Assembly: GCA_965216065.1 (NCBI GenBank)
Contig: CBDCFB010000002.1
Span: forward strand, 960,756 to 1,024,755
Direction: 5' to 3'
Source of the DNA: Dehalococcoidia bacterium
GTDB lineage: Bacteria > Chloroflexota > Dehalococcoidia > Lucifugimonadales > UBA3495
Length of the DNA: 64,000 nt
The notes beneath the pieces were generated by a model. The model worked only from the letters and a program-made list of their open reading frames with translations. It was not told where the DNA came from and did no database searches. Below are positions 49,275 to 57,623 of the stretch, piece by piece (position 1 is the stretch's first letter; each line of letters starts with the position of its first letter). The position numbers and the translations under genes were made by a program.

Positions 49275-50228
49275 CTACTCCTCGTCTGGGTGGGTGGTGA
49301 TGAACCGAGCCGACTTCGCCGGGTCGACGTGGGGAGCGCGCACCTCGACGCCGGACTGCTCCTCCTGGAGGCGAATGGTGACGGAGCTGTCCATGCCGCC
49401 CCAGCCGCGGTTCATCGCTTCGATGGCGATCTGCTCGGCGAGGTTGGCAACGGGCATGGGCACGTTGAACTCGCGGCCCAGGTCGGTGGCTAGGCCGATG
49501 TCCTTGCGCGCCAGCTCCAGCGCGAAGCTGGGCGGCTCGTATTCTCCCCGGAACAGGGTGCGGACTACGCCCTCGTGCAGGACATTCATCCGGCCCAGGG
49601 AGCCGCGGCGGACGCACTCCCAGAGTGGCTCCGGGTCGACCCCGGCCTTCACTCCCAGGGTCAGGCCCTCGGCGATGGCCTGCCTCACGCCGTGGCCGAT
49701 CATGTTGTGCACCAGCTTGGCGACGGAGCCGGCGCCGACCTCGCCGGCGTAGAACACCTTGTCGCCGAAGGAGTCCAGCAGTGGCTTGACGCGGTCGAAG
49801 ATCTCACGCTCGCCGCCGACCATCACGGCCAGGTTGCGGGACTGGGCGCCGCTCTTGCCTCCGCTGACCGGGGCGTCCATCACATGAACGCCCTTGGCCC
49901 GGAACTTGACCGCAAGTTCACGGATCAGGGTGGGGCGGCTGGTGGACAGGTCGATGTAGATCGAGCCGGGCTTGATTCCTTCGAGAATGCCCTCTGTCCC
50001 GGTGGCCACCAACTCCACTTCGCGGGGTCCGGGCAGGGAGGTCAGCGTGACATCGCAGCGTTCCGCCACATCGGCGGGCGAGCTGCCCAGCCTGGCGCCC
50101 GCTTCCAGGAAGGTACGGGTCGCCTCCTCCCGCAGATCAAAAACCACCATGGGGTAGCCGGCCTTCTGGATGTTCCCGGCCATGCCGCCGCCCATATTGC
50201 CGAGTCCGATAAATCCTACAGTCTCCAT
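49275..50228 (-). CDS. NAD(P)-dependent 3-hydroxyisobutyrate/6-phosphogluconate dehydrogenase-family oxidoreductase
   Basis: VGFIGLGNMGGGMAGNIQKAGY Rossmann start. DAPVSGG and the NAD-binding-11 C-domain pattern. Confidence 0.85.
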   Translation of the reverse strand: METVGFIGLGNMGGGMAGNIQKAGYPMVVFDLREEATRTFLEAGARLGSSPADVAERCDVTLTSLPGPREVELVATGTEGILEGIKPGSIYIDLSTSRPTLIRELAVKFRAKGVHVMDAPVSGGKSGAQSRNLAVMVGGEREIFDRVKPLLDSFGDKVFYAGEVGAGSVAKLVHNMIGHGVRQAIAEGLTLGVKAGVDPEPLWECVRRGSLGRMNVLHEGVVRTLFRGEYEPPSFALELARKDIGLATDLGREFNVPMPVANLAEQIAIEAMNRGWGGMDSSVTIRLQEEQSGVEVRAPHVDPAKSARFITTHPDEE

Positions 50229-50399
50229 TCTTCACCTCTACGGCCGCGATGCCGCTGCTGGGACACGGCGGCCTTGATTTGCGCTTCGATTATAGCAACC
50301 AAGGCAGCCACAAGGGCTGCCCCTACCGGTTCAATGAACGGGACTACCTGAGTCAGCGATCCGACGGTGCATGAGGAACCAATGCGTTTTTGAGTGCTG

Positions 50400-51092
50400 C
50401 TAAGTTTCCAAGGCCATGGAGGCCAGTGCGGCAAGGTCGGGCACTTCCAGCGACGGCACGGCGTCGGTGGGGCGGGTCCCGCCGCCCCGGTCCGGGCGGT
50501 TGACCCAGATACTGTCGATGCCAAGCCGGTTGGCCGGCCCTATGTCGTGGTACAGACTCTCGCCCACATGGAGCCACGCCTCGTTTTCCATGCCCATGCG
50601 CTCCTGCGCCAAGTGAAAGACCCGCAGGTCGGGCTTGTAGGCGCCCTCCTGCTGCGAGGTTATGACGGCACTGAACTTGATCCCCAAGGCCGTCTCTGAT
50701 TGCGAGAACAGGCCGTCATCCACGTTGGAGATAACCGCCAGCCTGTAGCGTGCTTTCAGTGCCTTGAGAGCGTCTGGTGCGTCGGGGAAGACCGGCCAGC
50801 GGGGCAGGGAATCTGGCAGCAGTTCCGCCTCCGCTGGGGACAGGCGGATGCTGGCCTCCCACGCCATTAACTGCATCACGTCGGACAGCACCCGGCGGTA
50901 GTCGAGGAACTCCCCGGAGCTCTGGACCTTCGGTTCAGCGTCGGCGAACAGCGCCAGGATTTCTGCCCTGCTCTTGCGAACGCCGTGGCGGGCGAACACC
51001 CCTGCGACGGCGTCGGAAATGCCGGTCTCCCAGTCAACGAGGGTGCCGTAGCAGTCGAAGCTGAGCCATTCGTATTTGTTGAAATCGAGCAA
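50400..51092 (-). CDS. HAD-superfamily hydrolase, haloacid dehalogenase type II-like
   Basis: FDCYGTLVDWE (DxYGT nucleophile motif), ISNVDD, HVGESLYHDI. Start is ambiguous: TTG 51092 with GGAG RBS is preferred over TTG 51134. Confidence 0.75.
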   Translation of the reverse strand: MLDFNKYEWLSFDCYGTLVDWETGISDAVAGVFARHGVRKSRAEILALFADAEPKVQSSGEFLDYRRVLSDVMQLMAWEASIRLSPAEAELLPDSLPRWPVFPDAPDALKALKARYRLAVISNVDDGLFSQSETALGIKFSAVITSQQEGAYKPDLRVFHLAQERMGMENEAWLHVGESLYHDIGPANRLGIDSIWVNRPDRGGGTRPTDAVPSLEVPDLAALASMALET

Positions 51093-51249
51093 AATGGAAC
51101 TCCGATTGGGTATGGGCCTTTCGGGGGATCTCAAATTCTGGTCGTTATGTTACCAGCCATGCCAGCCTTTGAGCGGGTGGCGGTTTTCGGATACACTTGC
51201 CCGCAGTCCAATCGGGACCATTCTGCCGCAAGGCCCGACGAGGTGCGCC

Positions 51250-52056
51250 GTGCTGTTTCCCACCCCCGCCACCGACCGGCTGCTGTACAACCTGGAGAAC
51301 GAGCTGCCGTCGCTGTGCGCATACGTATTCAGTCACCCCAACATGGTGGAGGTGGCCGGCATTGCGGGCATGGACGCCTTCATGGCCGACATGATGTTCA
51401 CCGCCCACGACTGGGACAACATCGCCCACCTGATCCGGGCCGCACGGGGCACCGGCATCTCGCCACTGATCCGGGTGCAGTCCTTCCCTTGGGCGACGGG
51501 CACCGACCGCCGCACCGTCTCCGACGCCGCCCGCGCACTGTCGCTGGGAGCCACGGCCGTTACGGTCTCGGTCAGCTCGAAGGAGGAGGTGCAGGAACTG
51601 ATGGGGCTGCGCGATGACTGGCACCGTCTCATCCACCTGCGCCGCTTCAACACCGCCGAGGAGTTTCCGGAGTTCAACCGAAAGACCCGTGAGGGAACGC
51701 TGGTCGTCCCGACTGTCGAGAGCGAGGGAGGCCTCCGAGACCTCGACGAAATTCTCGCCATCGATGGCATTCGCCTGGTATGGCTGGCCGCCGGCGATAT
51801 CACCAAGATCCTCGGAGTGCCCTTCAAGTACGATGACCCCAAGGTGATGCGGCTGCTGGAGAATGCAGTCAAGACCGGCGAGAAGCACGGCTCGGCCATC
51901 ATGTACAACATGGGCCTGGATTCGCCGGATTTCGACGCCATGGCCGATTCGGCGAAGCGGTACTTCGATGTGGGGGTGCGCGTGGTCGGCCTGGGCGCCA
52001 TGGAGTGGCACATGCAGATGGCGCTGCAGCACATCCGACGCAGGGCCATCGGGTAG
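51250..52056 (+). CDS. HpcH/HpaI aldolase / citrate-lyase-beta family protein
   Basis: HPNMVEVAGIAGMDAFMAD..., ALSLGATAVTVSVSSKEEV, VVPTVESEGGLRDLDEILAIDGI. Start is uncertain: GTG 51250 after GAGG was chosen to avoid overlapping the divergent HAD gene. Confidence 0.6.
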   Translation: MLFPTPATDRLLYNLENELPSLCAYVFSHPNMVEVAGIAGMDAFMADMMFTAHDWDNIAHLIRAARGTGISPLIRVQSFPWATGTDRRTVSDAARALSLGATAVTVSVSSKEEVQELMGLRDDWHRLIHLRRFNTAEEFPEFNRKTREGTLVVPTVESEGGLRDLDEILAIDGIRLVWLAAGDITKILGVPFKYDDPKVMRLLENAVKTGEKHGSAIMYNMGLDSPDFDAMADSAKRYFDVGVRVVGLGAMEWHMQMALQHIRRRAIG

Positions 52057-52165
52057 CGGGTACGGCTGCCAACTCCCGTTCCGAGAGAAGGAGTTTTCCG
52101 CAGAGGGAGGGGACGCCCTCACCCTAACCCTCTCCCGGAGGGAGAGGGAAATCTCACTCATTCTT

Positions 52166-53719
52166 TCAGGCGTACAGCCAGCCGGGGACGTCACTGCCCT
52201 GGGCACCGGCGCCGCGGGCCAGCGAGTCCTTGAGGATGCCAATGCGCGAGCGGAAGGGATTCACCTGGTTTCGCTCATGGGTGATGCCCAGTCCCACCAG
52301 GAACATCAGGCTCTTGCCTGCCGCGTGGGGCGAGAAGAAGGCGGTCACGGCGTCGTCGTAGAAGGTCATGCCCGTGGCGCCCAGGCCCATGGCGTGGGTG
52401 GCCAGGTACATCCGCCCGCCGATGATACCGGCCTCGAGCTGCGCGATGCGGTAGCCCCGGTTGCCGAATCGGGACAGGATGGCGTCCAAGTCGGCCATGA
52501 AGTAGGCGACAGCGCTGGAATCGGCGCCGAGGGCCTGCTCGAAGCAGAGGTGTCCCGCCTCCTCGCGGAACTCGCCCTCCGCCAGCAGCTCCAGCTTGCC
52601 CATCTCTGTGGAGTAGTAATAGGTACCCGGAGCGATTCCCTCTGCGGCGTTGACGATCAGATAGGTGTCGATGAGGCTGCCACCGTAATCCGCATTCACC
52701 TGCGAGGTGGACGCGGCCAGCAGCGCCACCAGCCTGCCGGCGGGCATCGGCTCGCGGGCGAAGCGCCGCGTCGAGCCGCGGTGGGCGATGGTGGGACCGA
52801 GAGGTCTGCTGTCCAGCCACCCTTCGGTTGAGGCGGGCAGGGCCATCGCGGTGCTGTCGCGCCAGGCGGCTACTTCTGAAGATCTGATGAGGACGGAACC
52901 AATGTGCAGAGCGCTGGTCTCCGGGTACTCGGTGCGGCGTTCAACTCCCAGCTCTCCGGCGTCGATGGGTCCGGGGTGGGCTACCGCCGGCGGTGCTGCG
53001 CTGCCCGTGCCAACCGGCACAAGGCATAAGCTGGCCTCGCTAGACGACTCCAGTCCCAGCAGCGAATCAACATCGGCGTCGACGAACCCGGCGGCGATCT
53101 CTGCCGGCTGGCCGAGGGCGCTGGCTGTGGCGGTCATGTTGGCCAGGATGGTGCCGTTGTCCCAGTAGCAGTAGCGGTAGCCCCGCTCGCGGTACTTCCA
53201 CGCGCTGCGCCAAAACACGCAGGTGCAGACGATGGTGGCCGGGGCGTTTGCGACGCCCGAATGCCCTCCCGAGGCCGATGCCAGGTTCCCGCGGAAGTCT
53301 CCCGAGCGCAGCAGCGACAGCGAGTTCCCCGAGGGCGAGTAATGGTAGATACCGGCCGCCAGCCCCGGCAGGTCACCGCAGACAACATACAGCTCGATGG
53401 GATACAGAGCGCCCGCGGAGGCCGCCGCCCGGTAGTGCACCTCTCCCGCCGTTCGCAGGGTGCTGCGGCGGATCAGACCGGCGGAGTAGTGCAGCAGTTG
53501 GGCCAGCGTTGCCAGGTCCAGCGGTCCCTGTGCCGTGGAGATCTCGCCGCCAACCGACGGCAACGTGGGCGCCTCGGGCGATGGCATGTCTGCTGGCAGC
53601 GCCACACTCGGCCGGTCGGGGTATAACTTGTAGAGGGGCGGCTTGGTGGCCAGGCTGATGTAGCTGAGCTTGGTGGAGTCGTGAAAGCTCCGGGCCGAGG
53701 TGGTGTCGTTGTTGGGCAT
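52166..53719 (-). CDS. SagB/ThcOx-type nitroreductase-family protein, two tandem nitroreductase-like domains
   Basis: 517 aa. N-terminus FHDSTKLSY...LYKLYP is typical of SagB-type dehydrogenase domains. It repeats with HRGSTRRFAREP...YYYS in the second half. Confidence 0.7.
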   Translation of the reverse strand: MPNNDTTSARSFHDSTKLSYISLATKPPLYKLYPDRPSVALPADMPSPEAPTLPSVGGEISTAQGPLDLATLAQLLHYSAGLIRRSTLRTAGEVHYRAAASAGALYPIELYVVCGDLPGLAAGIYHYSPSGNSLSLLRSGDFRGNLASASGGHSGVANAPATIVCTCVFWRSAWKYRERGYRYCYWDNGTILANMTATASALGQPAEIAAGFVDADVDSLLGLESSSEASLCLVPVGTGSAAPPAVAHPGPIDAGELGVERRTEYPETSALHIGSVLIRSSEVAAWRDSTAMALPASTEGWLDSRPLGPTIAHRGSTRRFAREPMPAGRLVALLAASTSQVNADYGGSLIDTYLIVNAAEGIAPGTYYYSTEMGKLELLAEGEFREEAGHLCFEQALGADSSAVAYFMADLDAILSRFGNRGYRIAQLEAGIIGGRMYLATHAMGLGATGMTFYDDAVTAFFSPHAAGKSLMFLVGLGITHERNQVNPFRSRIGILKDSLARGAGAQGSDVPGWLYA

Positions 53720-53748
53720 ATCGTGTCCGCCCCTGAATTCGGTTAGTT

Positions 53749-54558
53749 CTAGATGGTGCCCCTGTACTGGGGAGCGCGTTTTTCGACGAAGGCACGGGCT
53801 GCCTCGGCGTGGTCGGGATGGCGGGCGCTGCGGGCCTCCAGCGACAGGCCGAGGTCGAGGGCCTGGTTCAGGTCGTTCCAGACCTTCTTGTTGATGGCGT
53901 GCTTGGTGCCGCGGATGGCCAGAGCGGGGCCGTCGGCCAGGCGATTGGCCAGTTCCATAACGGTGTCCATCAGGTCGTCGTGGGGTACCACCCGGTTGAC
54001 GAGCCCGATTCGCTCGGCCTCGGCGGCGTCGATTATTTCGCCCGTCATCAGCAGTTCCTTGGCTTTGGCCACGCCCACCAGCAGGGGCCAGATGACAGCG
54101 CCGCCGTCACCCGCGACCAGACCGGCGCGGACATGGGTGTCGCCGATGCGGGCGCGGTCCGAGGCGTAGATGACATCGCAGAACAGGGCCAGCGTGGCGC
54201 CCAGTCCAGCCGCAACGCCGTTCAGGGCGCAGATGACGGGCTGCTCCACCCAGAGGATGTTCTGGATGATACGCCGTCCGCTGGGCGAGATGGCGCCGAT
54301 GGGCCGGTCCTGCAGGGCGATGGCACCGCCGCGCTCGTCCATGGCCCGGACGTCGCCGCCGGAGCAGAAGCCGCGGCCGGCGCCGGTCAGCACCACGGCG
54401 CTCACGTCTGCGTCGCGTCCCACTTGGTAGAAGGCGTCCTCTATCTCGTGGTGCATCACCTCGTTGACCGCGTTCAGGGTCTCAGGGCGGTTCAGGGTGA
54501 TCGTCAGCACCTTGCCGGTCTGTTCCGCAATCAGTGTTTCGTACTGGTAGTCGGGCAT
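53749..54558 (-). CDS. Enoyl-CoA hydratase/isomerase family protein
   Basis: MPDYQYETLIAEQTGKVLTITLNRPETLNAV, GAGRGFCSGGDV, ALNGVAAGLGATLAL. ATG 54558. Confidence 0.85.
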   Translation of the reverse strand: MPDYQYETLIAEQTGKVLTITLNRPETLNAVNEVMHHEIEDAFYQVGRDADVSAVVLTGAGRGFCSGGDVRAMDERGGAIALQDRPIGAISPSGRRIIQNILWVEQPVICALNGVAAGLGATLALFCDVIYASDRARIGDTHVRAGLVAGDGGAVIWPLLVGVAKAKELLMTGEIIDAAEAERIGLVNRVVPHDDLMDTVMELANRLADGPALAIRGTKHAINKKVWNDLNQALDLGLSLEARSARHPDHAEAARAFVEKRAPQYRGTI

Positions 54559-55091
54559 GTCTTCACCTGTGGGAGGTGGGGTGAGTGCCTGGGCGGACGG
54601 GGAAATTCTCGAATAGCATGACAATACCTGACATTATCTGATATTTCCCCGGTCCAGGGGCGTTGGTCGGGACTCAGAGGGCGTGTGACAATTGGATTCG
54701 CTTTTCCGTTTTGATCCAGTCTCACTTCGTTTAGAGGCACTGGATTCCCATCCCGGTTCAAGTCCGGGGTGACGTTCTTTCGCGGGAATTACCATGGCCT
54801 TGGGGCCACGCAAGTGTATGAAAATCAACTTCTACGGGAGTTCAGCAAGGATTTCGCCCCCCACCCCTTCGACAGGCTCAGGACAGGCCTAACCCCCCCT
54901 CAAGGGAGAGGGAACTGTTTTGCTCCCTATTTTCATGGCAATGACGGATTGGGTGCCAGGCGATTGTCACCCAATCCGAGGAATTCCGCGCATGAGCGGC
55001 GACCGGATGCGGTATACCTGCCTCCATGCTAATTCGCTACTTCCTGTGGTCGCAATGGGCAAGCGTCACCAATCCTCGGTGAGAGAGCAGG

Positions 55092-55562
55092 TTATTGTCC
55101 CATGGCGAGGATTTCGTCGAACTCCTCCCTGGTCACGGGCTGGATGGAGAGGCGCTGGCCCTTGCGGATCAGCAGCATGTCCTTCAGCCTGGGGTTGGCC
55201 TTGACCGCCTGTAAAGTGACGGGGTTCGGCAACGGTTTCTCGCCCTGGATCTCCACCACCGTCCAGACGGTCTCGCCGGGGCTGCTCTTGGGATCGTAGT
55301 GCTTGTCGTTTGGGTCCCAGGCGGTGGCGTCGGGGTAGGCTTCCTTCACGATGCGGGCGGTCCCGACGACGGCGGTGGGCTTGGCGCTGCTGTGGTAGAA
55401 GAGCACCCGGTCTCCCACCTTCATATCGTCGCGCATGAAGTTGCGGGCCTGGTAGTTGCGCACGCCGTCCCACTCCGCCGTGCTGTTCTCCTCGTTCAGC
55501 AGGTCGTCGAAGGAGTAGGCAGACGGTTCCGACTTGAACAGCCAGTATTTCGGTTCTGACAT
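55092..55562 (-). CDS. EVE (PUA-like) domain protein
   Basis: MSEPKYWLFKSEPSAYSFDDL...WDGVRNYQARNFMRDDMKVGDRVLFYHS is the canonical EVE/DUF55 pattern. Confidence 0.85.
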   Translation of the reverse strand: MSEPKYWLFKSEPSAYSFDDLLNEENSTAEWDGVRNYQARNFMRDDMKVGDRVLFYHSSAKPTAVVGTARIVKEAYPDATAWDPNDKHYDPKSSPGETVWTVVEIQGEKPLPNPVTLQAVKANPRLKDMLLIRKGQRLSIQPVTREEFDEILAMGQ

Positions 55563-55698
55563 TTTCACCCTCACCCTGGCCCTCAATTCAGAGGGAAATG
55601 ATGGTGCTGGGAGATTTCACCTCCACCCTATGTCCGGTAGAGAGGCGAATTGCGCAGAATTTCACCCCCACCCTAACCCTCCCCCTCAGGGGAGGGGA
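55561..55698. repeat. Cluster of three REP family A units (TTTCACCC.CACCCT...CCCTC-loop-GAGGG)
   Basis: Units at 55561-55598, 55612-55646 and 55658-55698. Further copies are at 22752, 26773, 28871, 29391, 29441, 30759, 34129, 49188, 52111, 54850 and 59383. Confidence 0.8.
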
Positions 55699-55720
55699 CA
55701 AGAACGGGGAGGCATCTGTC

Positions 55721-57397
55721 TTACCGCAGGCGTATGCCGGCGGCTTCAGTGTCGTAGCAGCCCTCGATCAGGTCCTCGCGCTCCTGTCGCAGTACATCCT
55801 TGCGGACGCGGAGGCTGGGAGTGCGGGGCAGCTCGTCGCGGACCTCCCAATACCGGGGCACCTTGAAGTAGGCCAGGTGCTCGGCGCACCAGTAGACAAC
55901 CTCCTCGGGGTTTACCGTGGAGCCCTCGCGAGGCGTCACGTAGGCCTTGACCTCGTCCTCGCCCAGGTCGGAGGGCACGGCCACCACGGCGCAGTCCAGG
56001 ACGTTGGGGTTGGCCTTAATGACATTCTCCACCTCCTGGGAGGAGATGTTCTCCCCGCGGCGGCGGATGATGTCCTTCTTGCGGTCGACGAAGTACAGGA
56101 ACCCGTCGTCGTCCAGCCAGCCGAGATCGCCGGTGTAGAGCCAGCCGTCGCGCAGGGTCTCGCGGTTCTGCTCGTCGTTGCGCCAGTAGCCGGGCATGAC
56201 CGCCGGGTTCTTGATGGTGATCTCGCCGACCGTGCTGGGGCCGACGTGCACGCCGGTCTCGGCGTCGGCGATGCGGATGGTGTTTTCGAAGCGCGGGTCG
56301 GGGTGCTGGCGCCCCCGGCCGGAGGACCCGGAGCGCCGGTCTTCACGGATGGCCTCGATGGTACCGTAGCAGGTCTCGGTCATGCCGAAGCCGACGATGA
56401 TGTCGGTGGAGAAGCGGTTCTGGAACTCCGCGAGAAACTCGGGCGAAAAGGACGGCGAGCCGTAGAACAGCCGCACGGTGTTGTCGGCGTCGTCGGGCTG
56501 TTCGGGGTTCTTGGCCAGCACCGGCATCATCATGCCGATGAAGTTGACCACCGTGGCCCGGGCCTCGCGCACTTGTCCCCAGAACCGCGACGCGCTGAAT
56601 CGGTCGACGATGACCAGCGTGGCGCCGGATGCGAGGGCGCCCATGGTCGAGTAGTACTGGATGTTGGCGTGGTAGAAGGGCAGGCAGGTGAAGAAGCGGT
56701 CGTCGGGGGTGGCCTGTGTCCAGTGCCTGAATCCCTGCCCGGCGGCGGCATACATCCGGTGGGTGACCATCACGCCCTTGGGATTGCCGGTGGTGCCGGA
56801 GGTGTAGACCAGCATGGACACGTCGTCGGGCGACACTTCGGGGCGGTCGGCCAGCGGCTTGGCGCGGTTGAAAGCCTCGCTGAACGAGGTCCATCCCGCC
56901 CTTTCACCCCCACCCCGGCCCTCCCTCGTCGAAAGGGAAGGAGATGACGTTGGATCGTCGCCCCGCAGGATGCGGTGGCGGATGCTGGGAGCAAGGTCGG
57001 CGGCGGCTCCGGCGACTTCGGCCAGCGACGGGTCGGTGACCAGCGCCACGGCCTCGGCGTTGTTCAGTATGTAGGCGGTCTCGTCGCGACGGTAGGCGGT
57101 GTTGATGGGCACGCTGATGGCGCCCAGCTCCGACAGGCCGAACCAGCAGTACAGGTACTCGATGGCGTTGGGCATGAACAGGCACACCCGGTCGCCGTGC
57201 TGCACGCCCATCTCGCGGAACATAGCCGCTGTCCGCAGCACGCCGTCCCGGATCTCGCCATAGGAGTAGGAGGCGCCAGCGATCTCGACGAAGGTCTTGT
57301 CCGGGTCGGCGTCGGTGATGCGGTCGAGGACCTGCCCGATGGTGGTGTCCCAGGGCAGTGTCGCTTCCGATTGTGCCGTGTCTTGGTGTGTGCTCAT
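55721..57397 (-). CDS. AMP-dependent acyl-CoA synthetase/ligase carrying an in-frame REP-derived insertion
   Basis: LVYTSGTTGNPKGV (AMP motif), YGMTE-like GFGMTETC, TGDLGWLDDDGFLYFVDRKKD. ATG 57397. The insert DPTSSPSLSTREGRGGGERAG is encoded at 56901-56943. Confidence 0.88.
   Translation of the reverse strand: MSTHQDTAQSEATLPWDTTIGQVLDRITDADPDKTFVEIAGASYSYGEIRDGVLRTAAMFREMGVQHGDRVCLFMPNAIEYLYCWFGLSELGAISVPINTAYRRDETAYILNNAEAVALVTDPSLAEVAGAAADLAPSIRHRILRGDDPTSSPSLSTREGRGGGERAGWTSFSEAFNRAKPLADRPEVSPDDVSMLVYTSGTTGNPKGVMVTHRMYAAAGQGFRHWTQATPDDRFFTCLPFYHANIQYYSTMGALASGATLVIVDRFSASRFWGQVREARATVVNFIGMMMPVLAKNPEQPDDADNTVRLFYGSPSFSPEFLAEFQNRFSTDIIVGFGMTETCYGTIEAIREDRRSGSSGRGRQHPDPRFENTIRIADAETGVHVGPSTVGEITIKNPAVMPGYWRNDEQNRETLRDGWLYTGDLGWLDDDGFLYFVDRKKDIIRRRGENISSQEVENVIKANPNVLDCAVVAVPSDLGEDEVKAYVTPREGSTVNPEEVVYWCAEHLAYFKVPRYWEVRDELPRTPSLRVRKDVLRQEREDLIEGCYDTEAAGIRLR
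56901..56943. repeat. REP family A unit inside the acyl-CoA synthetase coding sequence
   Basis: CTTTCACCCCCACCCCGGCCCTCCCTCGTCGAAAGGGAAGGAG. Same head (TTTCACCCCCACCCC) and palindromic tail as the intergenic copies. Confidence 0.75.
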
Positions 57398-57623
57398 ACC
57401 CACTCGCCGTATGCGTGTCTGTCCGGTCAACCTACCATGCCGGTATGGGCCGGTCAACAATCCCGTGAACTCTGACGGACCAGGGCCGCCATGCTAATAC
57501 TGTCGCAGGCCAATAGCGAGGCACTCGCCACAATATATGGTATGCAACGCTAAAACACGGGTATAATCGTGGTTGGCCTAGCTGCCCATTCTTGTGGTGT
57601 AGAATAGTCCTCGAACTCCCCGT

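Noticed and set aside
54738-54800. tRNA-like T-arm sequence GGTTCAAGTCCGG in the 54.7-kb intergenic region.
   Set aside because: It sits inside a disrupted REP-B unit (CACTGGATTCCC...TTTCGCGGGAAT). No acceptor stem, D-arm or anticodon arm can be folded around it, so it is not a tRNA gene.
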